From Carcharhinus amblyrhynchos (taxonomy: Eukaryota): a stretch of 64,000 nucleotides of DNA. Location: positions 93,744,001 to 93,808,000 of the forward strand of contig OZ336872.1 of assembly GCA_965287045.1 (NCBI GenBank). The letters run 5' to 3'. Under the pieces are notes generated by a model, which saw only the letters and a list, made by a program, of their open reading frames with translations, was not told the DNA's origin and made no database searches. Positions 11,636-24,035 of this stretch are shown here, piece after piece. Numbering within the stretch: position 1 is the stretch's first letter; every line of letters starts with the position of its first letter. Both the position numbers and the translations under genes were made by a program.

Positions 11636-11900
11636 ACATAAGAACAGAAGAAACAGGAGCAGGAGTAGGCCATCTAGCCCTTCGAGCCTGCCCCGCCATT
11701 CAACAAGATCATGGCTGATCTGAAGTGGATCAGCTCCACTTTCCCGCTTTCTCCCCATAACTGTTAATTCCCCTGTCTATCAAAAACCTATCTACCCGTG
11801 ACTTAAATATATTCAGCGAGGTAGCCTCCACCACTTCAACGGGCAGAAAATTCCAAAGATTCACCACCCTTTGAGTGAAGAAGTTCCTCCTCAACACCAA
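11636..11900 (-). mobile_element. CR1 3' fragment
   Basis: ACATAAGAACAGAAGAAACAGGAGCAGGAGTAGGCC...AAGAAGTTCCTCCTC is the reverse complement of the tail and the RRNFFTQRVVNLWN region. Confidence 0.85.
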
Positions 11901-12100
11901 TCTAATAACATATAGGCCTATATTTTGCAGTCAGCTCTAACAAGCGTGCTTGCCGCTGACTGGGAAGAAACGGCTCATAAAGATGTCACAATCTCTATGG
12001 CGGGTTTTCTACTTTGCAGATGGCAAATTAAATCTGATTCCAGACCAAGGGCATGTCTTGGCATACTACAGGTTAAAAAGGTGTGAAGAGGAGACAATTC

Positions 12101-12374
12101 ACATCTCTTTAACCTGTCATTATCCCTCTCTCCACTCACATTGCCTGTACCTGCAAATACTTGATTACCTGTTAAGACTCACATTCCAACCGTTGTCTTG
12201 CAATTGAGTTTGTGTCTATATATGCCTTGTTTGTGAACCCAACTCTCCACTCACCTGATGAAGGAGCAGTGCTCTGAAAGCTCATGCTACAAAATAAGCA
12301 TGTTGGATTTTAACCTGCTGTTGTGAGAATTCTTACTGTGTCCACCCCAATCCAACACTGGCATCTCCACATCA
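12101..12374 (+). mobile_element. Penelope-like element terminal repeat fragment
   Basis: Contains a minimal hammerhead motif. Its 3' end TGTTGGA...CCAACACTGGCATCTCCACATCA recurs at 29989-30063. Family assignment is inferred from the ribozyme architecture. Confidence 0.65.
12252..12286 (+). ncRNA. Minimal type I hammerhead ribozyme motif, slightly decayed
   Basis: CAC-CTGATGA-A-GGAGC-AGT-GCTCT-GAAA-GCTC-ATG: intact core, 5-bp stem II, palindromic AGCT stem III, stem I CAC/ATG (GTG expected; CpG-type change). Confidence 0.65.
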
Positions 12375-12819
12375 AGGAATCAAAAAGCATGGAATTCCAT
12401 CACATTTAATTTAAATCTTCAGATGGTGAGATAAAGGATCACAATCAGATTAGGATAGAAGCTAAAGTAAAGAAAGGAAATTCACTTTTTATCTTAAATT
12501 GCTCTCAAAATTAGGTGGATTTTTTTTAATGCTTGTGGATAAATTCAAAACTCTACAAATATAAAATTGTTTTTCACTTTCAGTGAGTGTGTTTAGCAGT
12601 GATTATGAAGGTAGTATGCCATTAAAAACTCAATTATACTGCATCTCATTCAACAGCATATAACTTTTTCACAGGGGTTTCACAGTGAGACGAATAGTGC
12701 AGAGTTTGAGATTTTCGTCAAATCGCGATTGCAATGGAGATTTTGGACTGTGAAAACCACTACAGTGCACCCAATGGAGGATTGAAGATCCTTTCCCTCC
12801 ATTGAATCACCATGGCTAT

Positions 12820-13110
12820 CCCTGTAATTATCTCCAGATCTACAATCCTCCAAGATATCTGTGCTCCTATAGTTCATGTCCCTTCTGCACTCATTGGTTC
12901 CTGGGCTTTCAGCTGCTAGGTCCTACATTCTGGAATTCTCACCCTTAACCTCGCCATCTCTCATTCTTTTCTCCTTTGAGATACTAACTAAAGCATTCCC
13001 CTTTGGCCATGCTCTTGGTTATTTTCCCTAAGCTCTCCTTATATGTCAAACCTCATTTGAAATTGCTCCTATGAAGCCCCTTGGGACATTATTCTTTCAG
13101 TTGTTGTTGC
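12820..13110 (+). mobile_element. Old L2-like LINE 3' remnant
   Basis: CTTTCAGCTGCTAGGTCCTACATTCTGGAATTC...GCTCCTATGAAGCCCCTTGGGAC; related sequence occurs in reverse at 43925-44600 and 53020-53590. Confidence 0.5.
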
Positions 13111-15399
13111 ATTTAATGTTAAAGAGGACCAGTGAAGAGAAGCGGGAATGAAAAGGAACACTGGTGAGGATCAGACAACAAAGTGAAATGGCCAGAATGA
13201 AGTCAAACATTATCAGCTAACATTAGAATGATCAGACAATTATTATTGGAGCTGGAAGTCAATACAACCAGAGACAAGGCAATCAAGATATGGAGCCAAG
13301 CACTGAAAAAAGCCAAAGCTTTGGAGATAATGGACAGACTAAGGTTGATAAAAGAAGCAAGAACGGGAAGAAAATTTGTGACACTAGGTAAGGAATTACA
13401 ACACAAAACAGCAACAAGTAGGTACAGGTACAACAACACCGCTGAAGGAAACAAGGAGACTAATCTTCAACTTCTATCTGAACTGGGTGTAAGGTTCACT
13501 TTGTGTGCCTTGCCCATTGGCCCCTGGCATCAACTGGCCTTCCCAGCAGTGCTTAAAGGGACTAGCAAAAACCAATCCATAAATGGACCATTTACTTTTA
13601 TCTCTTATTTTTCTAGGATAAGAAAGCTGACTCCTCTAGGGTTTTGTGGCTAGTATCTGCACAGCCCCACACTCCTCCCTCAATATCTGCATTGCTGGTA
13701 CAGAAGATTGCTGACTTCTCACATGTCCTGGCAAGGGCATTCACTTGCAGCAGTCATTTGACACTCTCAGGTTGTTAGTCATAAATGAATGAGAAGTGAT
13801 CACCAAGGTGGTTTATGCTTCTCCTGTGTAAAGCCTGCTGTCCAATCAATTACGACAGCAAAGTAAAATCAGCCTCAGTAAAATGATCATCAGATGAGCA
13901 AAGGAAGATCTAGAGAATAAGAAAAGGTACAGCAAACAAAATAACGGCAAAATTATTTTCAGTGGTGTAATAATAGGAGGGCAGTCAGAGAGGAGGGTCA
14001 GAATTTGCACTACTCAACATTGGGTCAATTTCCTTGTCCCGATCCTAGACCCAGTCAGTATCAGTCATGTGATGTGATTTTCAAAGACAAAGACTCTAAT
14101 TTGTATGGAGGCCTGTTTGGTACCCGAATTAGGGGCAACAGGTGCAGGGAAGAGGTGGGACTTAGTTCTGGAGGGTGAATTTAAAAGGCAAATGGCCATC
14201 ATTTCTGACCTTGCTGCTGCCTAGAGGAATGGAACAGAGGGCTAGCAGCCTCACGGTCTACTTAAGTGCCAACTCAATCATCAGGTAGTCAAGTCTCTCT
14301 GCTCAAGTGATGTTGGGCACCATGTTTGTTTCCAGCAGGTGTGCCTTATAAAACGTGCTCACCGTTTTCCTACCCACCCCCAATCTGTTCTCCATAATTT
14401 GGGAGCAGGGTATGATGCCCACTAGGTCACCCACTCTTAGGCCTATTGAAGCTGTTAGATGCCCAATCAAATGGCAGTTGAGGGCTTCAATCTGCCTCTC
14501 TTTCCATAAAATGCTGGGCAACTGCAAGTGATCCAGTGTGCAGCGACTGCTTTTGAAGAGGCTTTTTGAAAAGGTGGGAAGAAAGCACGGGCTCATCAAT
14601 TGAGGAGTGCCCATGCGCATCAGTGGCAGCACCCCAACCCAACATGGCACCCCTTCTTCCTCCATGCTTCTCCTCCAATACCCAGCCCCCCCCACCTCTT
14701 CTTTCCTTGTCCTATGTTTTCTGATCCTTCTCCACCATAGAAACCAGGGATTTGCCAGCCTCTGGTTGCCAGGATATGTTTCTCGAAGGGCCTCCTTTCA
14801 GTCCTAGCAGTGTCCACTCCTGAGTTCTGGCACTGCTGGGACTTCTAGAGCTGCTAGCCATTCAAATTGACCAGCAGCTGTCAAGGGTGAGACTTCCTGT
14901 CCACTGATGGGCAGAAGTCTGACCCTCAGCCTGTTTAGTTTATGCCCAGCATATTGTCATTGTGGGGAAAAGGCTTTTTAAAAGGACTGAATTTCCTTCT
15001 AGAAGGGAAAGCAGTCTATTTCCACTCCCACCCATCATCACCACCCCTTGAAATCCAGTTCTTTGTAGCACTGCATGATCACCTCAGTTAAACTATCCCT
15101 TCCTAATACAAGATATTTCACCTGCGACTATAATGAATGATGGTTCCCCGTTTTGCTCCTGACAGCTGTGCACTAACATGTCCCAGATCATTCCTTCTTC
15201 CCCTTGTTAACTTTGATTCTGTCCCTTTCCAGTCTGTCACTAAGTTCTTCAATGAGCTAAATACCAAGTTAATTACAAGCGTGCATCTTACTGGCTCTAT
15301 CATCTCTGGTCCTCTCTTTAAAAATTCAAGCATGTCATAGAAGTGTCAGAAATGCCATCCCAGGGTGTTACGTTCAAAGGGCACCTGCTTTGTCCCCAC

Positions 15400-16200
15400 G
15401 GACAACTGAAAATCTTGACCAAAGTGAAAACACAAAGTTACCAGGATCAAAAGTGAGGATCGAGCACAAATTAGCCCATATTCTGAATGATTCCTTCCTC
15501 CGAGTATTCACTAGGGAAGATCTGAATAACACTGTCTCCCTAACAAGTGATATCCAAAGCAAAATGAATAACCTTGATATAAATTAAATAGAAGCTCTTG
15601 ACAGGCTAAAAGGGCTCAAAACAAATTCCCAGGGACAGATGATATTTATTCCAGTGTTGAAAGAAATAAGACAGGAACATTATTAATGATTATGAGAGAA
15701 TTGCTGGACACTGGGGAAATATTAGATTGGAAACAGGCTAAGGTGGTACTCAAATACAACCAAGGTGACAAAACAGGCATTGGCAACCACAAATCAATTC
15801 GTCTTTCTTAAATTCCATGTAAGGTTTTAGAATTGTTCCCCAGTCATAAATTTAAGACTTAACTGTACAACAATGATCTAGTAAGCAGCAACTGCAAGGC
15901 ATTAGAGGAATAGATCCTATATGATCAATCTCCTTGACTTCTGAGAAAGTGACACCCAGCTGGGAAATCTGACAGTACAATTTGTTTGTGTTTCTGTAAG
16001 GCATTTGACAAAGCTCTGCATGATAGTTTAGTTATCCCACATTGCTAAAAAGACATGATAATTCCTGGGAATGAATACAAAATTGGCTGAAGGATAGAAA
16101 ACCACAAATATCTGTTAGAATAATCAAGTCAATGTGAGATAGAATAGTGAGCAAGGAGCTGCATGTAACCACCACTGATCCTATTTTGCCTTCAGAAACA
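15400..16200 (+). mobile_element. Highly decayed CR1 ORF2 (RT) fragment
   Basis: Remnants of VFTRED, DWKQAKV and KAFDK with many stops and frameshifts. Confidence 0.65.
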
Positions 16201-16220
16201 GATTATGCTAAACTAAGACG

Positions 16221-16515
16221 GGGAGGTGATGACCTAATGGTATTATCGTTAGACTATTAATCCAGAAACTCAGCTATTGTTCTGGGTTCAAATCCCACCA
16301 TGGCAGTTGGTGGAATTTGAATTCAACAACAATTATCTGGAATTAAGAATCTCCTAATAACCATAAAACCACTGTCGATTGTTGGAAAAACCATCTGGTT
16401 CACTAATGTCCTTTAGGGAAGGAAAACTACCCTTTTTACCTGGTCTGGCCTAAATGTGACTCCAGAGCCACAACAATGTGGTTGATTCTCAACTGCCTCT
16501 GAAGAAGGGCAACTC
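16221..16515 (+). mobile_element. tRNA-derived SINE of a different family from HE1, 3'-truncated
   Basis: A-box-like TGACCTAATGG and B-box GGTTCAAATCC. Ends AAGGGCAACT, the start of the family B LINE tail (11024-11033). Confidence 0.7.
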
Positions 16516-17339
16516 GATTCTGTGGATCGCCCTGTCTCCCAGTTCGCCTCCATGGGAATATTCGATTCCGTCCCCCATATTTTTGAATTAAAATTAAAAG
16601 AAAATGTAATTATTTATTGTGTAGATGGGTCAAGACTACTCACTCATTTTGCATTATGGGTCATATTCATTCCATCCCTGTGCTAATGGTCACAAATGAA
16701 GTTCAATAATAGTGACAAATTTCTTGTGGGAATTATTGGGTGGAGCAGGTAGTACGTAAGAGGGAAGTGGGACATAATAGACCCTAGATTACATTAGAGA
16801 TTCAACTCTTATAAACCAATGCTGAAGCTGTAGCAGCTCCTCACATGACATGACCAACTCTTTGTCAAGAATTCTTTACATAGTTTAAAAGTCATCACAC
16901 TTCTCACACAGAGGAGGAATTTCAGGCAAAAGCTTTTTTTCACAACAATATGCATCCCATTCACAACTATGGTCTTGTGATAGATTAATGCCAGATTTTA
17001 GAAACTTTTGTATTTGAGGGGATGCCTACCAACTGAAAATTACTTACTTGTGGTATTCTACCAAGTATTAAATTTCATGTATTGTCATGAGAAACCCTGC
17101 CAGGTATCATGTACTGACTTATTATTCATCCTAATACATAACCAGTGTGAAAACACGGGCTCAATGCTTCAGCTTAATCTGACATTTAATCTTCTTATCT
17201 TAATCCTCCTGCTAGCTATCCATTGCATTTCCCCTCTTTTAACTCATACAAAACAAGGTAAAACACTGCAGCTGCTGCTGACCTGAAATAAAACCAGAAA
17301 ATGCTGGAAATATAGCAACACTCACCAAACCACCTGTCC

Positions 17340-17495
17340 CCTTCCCAATATTGAGGCTCCTAAATGCTTTTTTCAAGTGAAACAGTAATTTACTTTCACT
17401 TTTCCCAATTTACTATACTGTATTCATTGTTCGTGATGCAATCTCCGTAAGGGAACCACAAATACACATTTGGTTATTACCCTGCTGAATACCAC
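17340..17495 (+). mobile_element. Penelope-like GIY-YIG endonuclease relic
   Basis: Frame from 17371 reads FQVKQ*FTFTFPNLLYCIHCS*CNL, matching the Penelope pattern F-T-C-x-S-x-N-[LV]-[VI]-Y-C-I-x-C-x-x-C that precedes YIG. Confidence 0.65.
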
Positions 17496-17589
17496 TGTTA
17501 AGTTAATAAGTCTGTACGAATAATTATGGCAAACTTTAGTCTTCATAAAGATTAGGCAACCCAAATTGACAAAAGTAGTTTGGGAAACA

Positions 17590-19150
17590 ATTTCATAAGA
17601 TGCATTCAAGACTGATTTCTGGAATAATATGTTGAGGGCAACAGATTGTTTTAGTTCTAGTTTTATGAATGAGATAGGTTAATTGGTAAATCTATAATAA
17701 AGAATCTTCTGGAGAATAGTGATCATAAAGTGAAGGAATCATTATGGCACACAGGAGTCCATTCAGCCCAGTGAGATCATGCTGACTCTATATAGACCAA
17801 TCCAACCATTCCACTGCTCTATCCCTATAGATTTATTTTCCCCAAATACCCATCCAATCTCCTTTAGAAATTATTGATCATCTTCTCTTCCACCATCTTC
17901 AGGGGTAGTGATTTCCAGGCCATTACCAATTGATGCAAGAATAAAGTTCTTCATCATAACTCTTGCTTAAAACCTTAAATCTGTTTCCACTAATCCATCG
18001 GCTAATAGGAACAGCTTCTTTTTGTCTATCTTATCTAAATCTGTCATTATCTTGTACACCTCTTTCAAATTTCCTCTCACTCTCCTTTATTCCAAGGAGA
18101 TTAACTCCAGCTTCTCTAATCTAACCTTATAGCTAAAACCCCTCATCCCGGAACCATTCTAGTAAATCTCCTCTGCACCCTCTGAAGGATCTTCCTAAAT
18201 TGTGATGGCCAGAACAGGACACTAAACACCAATTGCGGCCTAACTAGAGCTTCATACAGCTTCAACATAACTTCTTTGCTTTTGTATTCAATATCTTTGT
18301 GAATCCCAAGATCGTATGTGCTTTGCTAATTACTCCCTCTGTATGTCCTGCTATCTTTAACGACCCATGCATATGCATCCCCAGGTCCCTCTATCCCTGC
18401 ACATTCTTAGAACTGTGCCATTTAGTCCATATTGTCTTCTGCCAAATTGCATCACCTATTATATGAAATTCCATCTGCCACTTGTGCACTAGCTTACTTA
18501 TGTCCTATTGAAGTAGATTGATATCTTCTCGATTGGCCATACCCTCAAGTTTGCTATCACTGCCACATTTTACCATTTTACTCTGTATTCCAATATCATA
18601 AAAGGCAGTGGGCCCTATCACTGAACTTTGGGGAACAGCACTGTCCTTTATACTGCAGTCTGAAAAACAATCACTTACCAAGACTCACTTTTTCTGTCTT
18701 TAAGTTTTTTTAAAATCCAAGTTGATACCATGAGGCTCAGTTTTGTTAATCAGCCTTTATGTGGTAATTAATGTGGTAGAATTTCATACGGAGTGTGAGA
18801 GTGACGTGGTTATGCCGAATCTAGGGTCCTACATTTAAACAAAACTGATTATGTAAGTATGAATGGCAGGTTGGCTAGCGTGGACTGGGAAATTAGTTTA
18901 AAAGATCTACTGGTAGATAAGCTGTAGAGAACAATTAAAGAAATAATTCATAATTTGTAACAAACCTACATTCCCTGAGGAAACCTCATAGAAAAATGTT
19001 CCAACTGTGATTAACTGGAGAAATTAAGGATAACATTAAATTAAAGGTAGAGCCGTGTAATGTCAAAAAGTGTAGTGAGCTTGAAGAGTATGTGGGTTGC
19101 AGAAATCAGTAAAACATAATCAAGAAATGAAGAATAATTTGGCAATATAT
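17590..19150 (+). mobile_element. Decayed CR1 endonuclease/linker fragment interrupted by an opposite-strand CR1 (~17735-18770)
   Basis: AGTGATCATAA... at ~17720 resumes as AATGTGGTAGAATTTCATA at ~18770. The intervening block is reverse-complement CR1 RT plus 3' end. Confidence 0.6.
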
Positions 19151-19439
19151 ATGTGACAGCTGCTACAGATAAATAGAAACATAGGAACAGGAGTATGCCA
19201 TATTGCCCATTGAGTGCATCAATATGATCATGGCGGATCAGCTGCTTCAATGCCTTTTTCTCACACTATCCTCATATCCCTTTACATCATTAGCATTTAA
19301 CAATCTGTCAATCTCTACTTTAAACTCAATGACTCAGCTTTCATAGCCCTTGAGGGGTGGGAAATTCCATAGATTCACAATCCTCTGAGTAAACCCATTT
19401 TTTGGTCCAAAGTGGCTTTCACCTGATTCTGAAATTGTG

Positions 19440-20005
19440 GGCCCAATTCTCCCAAAAAAATCTAAGAGCTGAATTGATGGGGAATCTGGTGTAAATCATG
19501 ATTGTTTTTTCATTGCAACTTCAGACTCGAATCTCCCACTCCCTGTTCAATTCAGAGGTCACAATGGTGAATCTTATTAAAAGCTCATGGGTGGTGGGGG
19601 GTGGTGGTGGTGGTGGCGGCGGGGGGGGGATCCTTGCTTACGCCGGAGTCTGGCCGTTCCGGAACTCTGCACATACGCAGTGGCCCCGATCTGTCCACCT
19701 CTCATATACTGGCCAGCGCAATCACTGGTTAACATGAGGCCCTTGCAGTGCTACCACCCTCAGCCCCCTCATGGCCTGATCGTGGCCCCCACAAGCATTC
19801 CCAGGCCCGACCCCCCCTCCCATCCTGGAGTGCCCTGATTTCCAACTTCCACCGTCAGCAGTGACGATGCACTCCACGCGCCCCCCCCCCCCCCCCAGGA
19901 GGCAGACATACTCCCACGGAAGACAACCCCCCCAGCAGACCACCCCCCAGCCCGCTCTGATCAGTGGCCTCTCTCCAGCTCCAACCAATCCTAACGCAGA
20001 GTGAT
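19440..20005 (+). mobile_element. GC-rich MITE-like element, partial
   Basis: Starts GGCCCAATTCTCCCAAAAAAATCTAAG, the same terminus as the elements at ~21000 and 58719 (reverse). Confidence 0.55.
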
Positions 20006-20098
20006 CACAGACTCCACACAGACAGGACCCAAGCCGGGAATCGAACCCGGATCCCTGGTGCTCTGAGGCAGCAGTACTAACCACTGTGCCACCATGCC
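20006..20098 (-). mobile_element. HE1-like SINE 5' head
   Basis: Reverse complement reads GGCATGGTGGCACAGTGGTTAGTACTGCTGCCTCAG...GGGTTCGATTCCCGG, with A and B boxes. Confidence 0.85.
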
Positions 20099-20994
20099 AA
20101 CCTAATTATGAACACTCTATAGAGTTTTTCTATTATTAACTTTCTTTGTCAGCCATGATTGACTGACTTTTCTTTCTGAGATATTGTTTTTGAAAGGAAT
20201 GTATAATTGCTATTATAACTCTTTAGAGACTGTCCATTGCATATGTATAGTCATACTTTTTAATGTATTTCCCCATTCAGCTGAGTCAATTTGCCTCTTA
20301 TAACTTCATAATTTCCTTTGTTCAAATTTAACACCTTGGTTGAAGGGTTATGGGGAGAAGACAGGAAAATTGGAATGAGGAGCATTTCAGCCACAATCGA
20401 ATGGTGGAGCGGACTTGATGGGCCAAATGGCCGAATTCTGCTCCTACATCTTATGAACTTCCCCTTGAAAGATCTCATTGTCAATCATAATGTAAAACTC
20501 CATTGCATTATGGTCACAAATAGGAAGGAAGAAGTTAGAAAAATTAATGATGGATCCTTCTGTGACAGTGACAAGGAAATTATAATGGAGAGTAAAGATT
20601 TGGGGGGAACATTTGGTGGCATTTTATCTTCTGACCCACTCAGAGTGGAGGGTCCCAGTAGCATATGGAAGGTTGAAGATCAGGGGAGAAGGGGTGTCCA
20701 TTCATGAGTGTTTGGTCAGGCTGGTATGCAGAATTCAGGAGGCATCCCTCCTGGCACTTATTCCAAGGAAGCAATAGTCCTTACCTAGCTGTGGCTACTG
20801 GTGTCCCAAGGCTCAGGAACTCCAGCATTCCAAGTTTAAATATGAGGCACATAGCCTCATATTTAAAGTGAGTTGGCTACCCACTCCATTCATGTCTCTG
20901 TTTAAAATATAAGTGGATGGGTTGGGGTCAGCATGCAGATTTTAAACACTTTAACTCCAGAAGGCTGGTTGGTTTGAATTTGGTGGGAGGTTAA

Positions 20995-22000
20995 AAGGTG
21001 GGATTCTCCCAGAAAAATTCCAATTCAAATTCGCGTGAAAATTGGAGGAAATCCTATTGTTAATTTCAGCAGGAGTTTCAAACTGAATTTCCCACACTCT
21101 GTGCACTGTGGAGTGCATAAGCGTAAATCCCATTGAAAATCAGTGAGGGTGGCCTATTCCCACTGGCCAGGCCGACAGCATAGCTCCAGCAGACCACTGC
21201 GCGTGCACCGATTTGTCATAGCGAAGATTGACGCACTGCCAGTCTCCGTTCACTGGCCAGCCCCATGACTCTGCATCACTGGCCACGCGACCCCCTCATG
21301 CCTCAATGCTGATCCCCCTGGATGTGTCTGGGCAAGTCCCGACTCCTCTCCCCAGCAGTACCAATCTCCCAATCTCCATTGGCAGCTCCAAGCACCCCTC
21401 CCCACAGTTCCGACCCCCTCCCTCACAGCCCAGATGTCCAACCCACATCCCCCACCCCAATGGCCAGCCCCCACTAGCTCCCTTCCTCTGTGAGTGGCAG
21501 GGAATTCCCCCCAATTGATCTCCCACCCAGAGGCCCTGCCCCTGTAGGCCCTGCCCCTGTTTTGGCCCCATCCCCCTTGAAACTGCCTGATGCCTGGTGG
21601 CAGTGCCAAGGTGCCGCTGCCAGTGGCAGGTGCCAGGTTGGCAATGCCTAGGGAACACCCCCTTATCCCACCCTCTTCAGGGTCACAATGGCCCCCCATC
21701 ACTCCAGTGAGTCAGACTGCCAGCTCCCCTTAAATGGGAGCTGCTGTAAACGTCTGGTGGGGGGAGACTTTAGCAGGCCTTGAGACCTCAGTCCCAGGCC
21801 CACTAATTATATTTAAATCACCATTTAAATAATTTATGCAGCTCTATGCCAATTTCTGGCATGGAGCTGACAGCACCAGCAACCCAGTGGCTGGAGACTT
21901 GTGGAGGCCGTGGCACTCAGGGGGTGGCCCACTACATGACTTCTGTTTGAGTCTCCTGGTTTGCTGCCCTGCTTAGAAATTGCCCCCAAATTTTCTCCCT
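20995..22000 (+). mobile_element. GC-rich non-autonomous TIR/MITE-like element
   Basis: The first ~260 bp align with the reverse complement of 58440-58719 (CACACTCTGTGCACTG, CTATTCCC, TGCCAGTCTCC). No coding motifs. Confidence 0.6.
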
Positions 22001-22014
22001 TTGCAAATCACACC

Positions 22015-22306
22015 GGCACGGTGGCACAGTGCTTAGCACTGCTGCCTCCCACTAGGGATCTGCATTTGATTCTCAGCTTCAGTCACTATGTAGAGCTTGC
22101 ACGTTCTCCCCATATCTGTATGAGTTTCTTCCGGGTGCTCTGGTTTCCTCCCATGATCCAAAGTGCAGGTTAGTTTGATTAGCCATGATAAGTTGTCAGG
22201 GGGACTAGCTGGGGTAAATGCATGGGGTTATGGGGATAGGACCTGGGTGGGATTGTGCAGATTCAATGGGTCAAATGGCCTCTTTCCGCATTGTAGGATT
22301 CTATGA
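22015..22306 (+). mobile_element. HE1-like tRNA SINE with CR1-type tail
   Basis: GGCACGGTGGCACAGTGCTTAGCACTGCTGCCTC head, CCGGGTGCTCTGGTTTCCTCCCA central domain, TGGCCTC...GATTCTATGA tail. Confidence 0.9.
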
Positions 22307-22339
22307 ACAAAATCTTCTCATTGTAGAAGACAAAGAAGA

Positions 22340-22950
22340 ATGCTGGAAGCAGTCAGGAACCAAGGTTTTGATGAGAGTAAGGAACTTAAAGTAATTAATA
22401 TTAAGAAAGAAATTACTGAAGAAGGTAATGGAACTAAAAACCATCAGGCATCTTACAAATGAGGGCCTACATCCTATGGTTTTAACAGTGAAGGTTACAG
22501 AGATAATAGATGTATTGATTTTGATCTTCCTCAGTTCCCAATATTCTGGAATAGTATGCACAGAGTTGAGGATAGAAAATGTATCCCCATTCTTCTAAAA
22601 AGGGGTATGGGGGAGGGGACATAAAGCGAACTATCAATTAGTTACCTTGACATTAGTTTGATGGAAGATGTTACAATATATAATTAGAGAGATGGTACAG
22701 GGCACATAGAAAATGATAGTTGGACCAGACAAAATCAACATAGTTTCATGGAAAGAAAATTGTGTTTGACCTGTTTATTAGAATTTTTGTCTGTGTAACT
22801 AATGGGATTGATAATGGGGGACCAATCAATGTGGCATTTTTAGATTTTCAAAAGGCATTCAATAAAGTATTAAGTAAGGTTAGGGTTCATGGGTTAGTGG
22901 CAATTTATTAACTCAGGGTAAGGGGTTGGCCAATTAGGACTGAGATAAGA
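22340..22950 (+). mobile_element. Decayed CR1 RT fragment
   Basis: Remnants of HPMVL, CLT and FLDFQKAF (TTAGATTTTCAAAAGGCATTC ~22841). Confidence 0.7.
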
Positions 22951-23456
22951 AGGAACTTATTCACTCAGAGGATAGGAGTCCATTTGGCCCTTTGAGCCTG
23001 CCTGTTATGCTCATGGCTGATCATCCAACTCGATAGGCTGATCCTGCCTTCCTCTCATATCCGATAGAATCCTGATATTCCTTTTATATCACTGTGAAGA
23101 GAGAGGGGAGAAGGGAGGGTGAAAAATCATATCATACCTTTATGTTGACATGAAATGCAACTTGGGCTTCCCACAAGATTTTCTGCTCCTGTTGCTGATC
23201 CCACCCAACGAAAATGGGAATGTAAAATCCCCCCCCCCACGCCCCCTTCCCCTCACCCTCCCACCATGTACCAGTAATAGTGCTGCTGTTGGCAGAGGTG
23301 GACAATAAATGTTGGCCTTGCCACTGACCCCCATGAAAGAATTTTTAAAAAGGCCTACATTTTGTTTACTTATTTGACTCATTACTGCCTCCTTTACCTT
23401 CCACCCTATTGACATTCTCTTTCGTTCTATAATCCCTTCTCCCACAGCACAGTTTT

Positions 23457-23605
23457 GGCAACATGGTGGCACAGTGATTAGCACTGCTGCCTCACAGTGC
23501 CAGGCATCCAAGTTCACTTGCAGCCTCAGGTCACTGTTTGTGTGGAGTCTTCACGTTTTTCCTGTGTGTTTCTTCCAGGTGTTAGAGTTTCCTCCCACAG
23601 TTCAT
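23457..23605 (+). mobile_element. HE1-like SINE, 3'-truncated
   Basis: GGCAACATGGTGGCACAGTGATTAGCACTGCTGCCTCACAG...TTTCCTCCCACAG. Confidence 0.85.
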
Positions 23606-23625
23606 GATACAAAATTATTGATGTG

Positions 23626-23908
23626 AGCACAGTGGCACAGTGGTTAGCACTGTTGCCTCACAGAGCAGTGTTGGGGGCCCAAGTTTGATTCCTGGCTTGT
23701 GTCACTGTCTGTGCGAAGTCTGCATGTGCTCCGGGTGCTCCGGTTTCCTCCCACAGTCCAAAAGACAAGTTGATTAGGCCGATTGGCCATACTAAATTGC
23801 CCCTTAGTGTACCCAGGCAGGTGCTGGAGTGTGGCAACAAGAGGATTTTCACAGTAACTTCATTGCAGTGTTAAGGTAAGCCTACTTATGCCACTAATAA
23901 ATAAACTT
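23626..23908 (+). mobile_element. HE1-head SINE with an alternative non-CR1 tail
   Basis: Same head and centre as HE1, but the tail is GGATTTTCACAGTAACTTCATTGCAGTG...TAATAAATAAACTT, shared with 56228-56534. Confidence 0.8.
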
Positions 23909-23914
23909 AAAACT

Positions 23915-24035
23915 ACTTGATTATAAACTGTCTTTAATTTCTCCCAGTTCTGATGAAAGGCCATCAACCTAAAATGTTAATTTTGTTTCCATCTCCATGG
24001 ATGTGAGCTGACTTGCTGAGTATTTCCAGCATTTA
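23915..24035 (+). mobile_element. Penelope-like terminal fragment with decayed hammerhead
   Basis: AGTT-CTGATGA-A-AGGCC-ATC-AACCT-AAAATGTT-AATT (23946-23982), then TGCTGAGTATTTCCAGCATTT, related to 46808-46830. Confidence 0.6.

Noticed and set aside
13228-13653. 141-aa ORF as a host gene
   Set aside because: Purine-rich composition with no recognisable domain or splice structure; probably chance or decayed repeat.
22015-22090. tRNA genes at SINE heads (also 16221, 23457, 50481, 56228, 62920)
   Set aside because: A and B boxes run straight into SINE bodies and tails; no complete cloverleaf.
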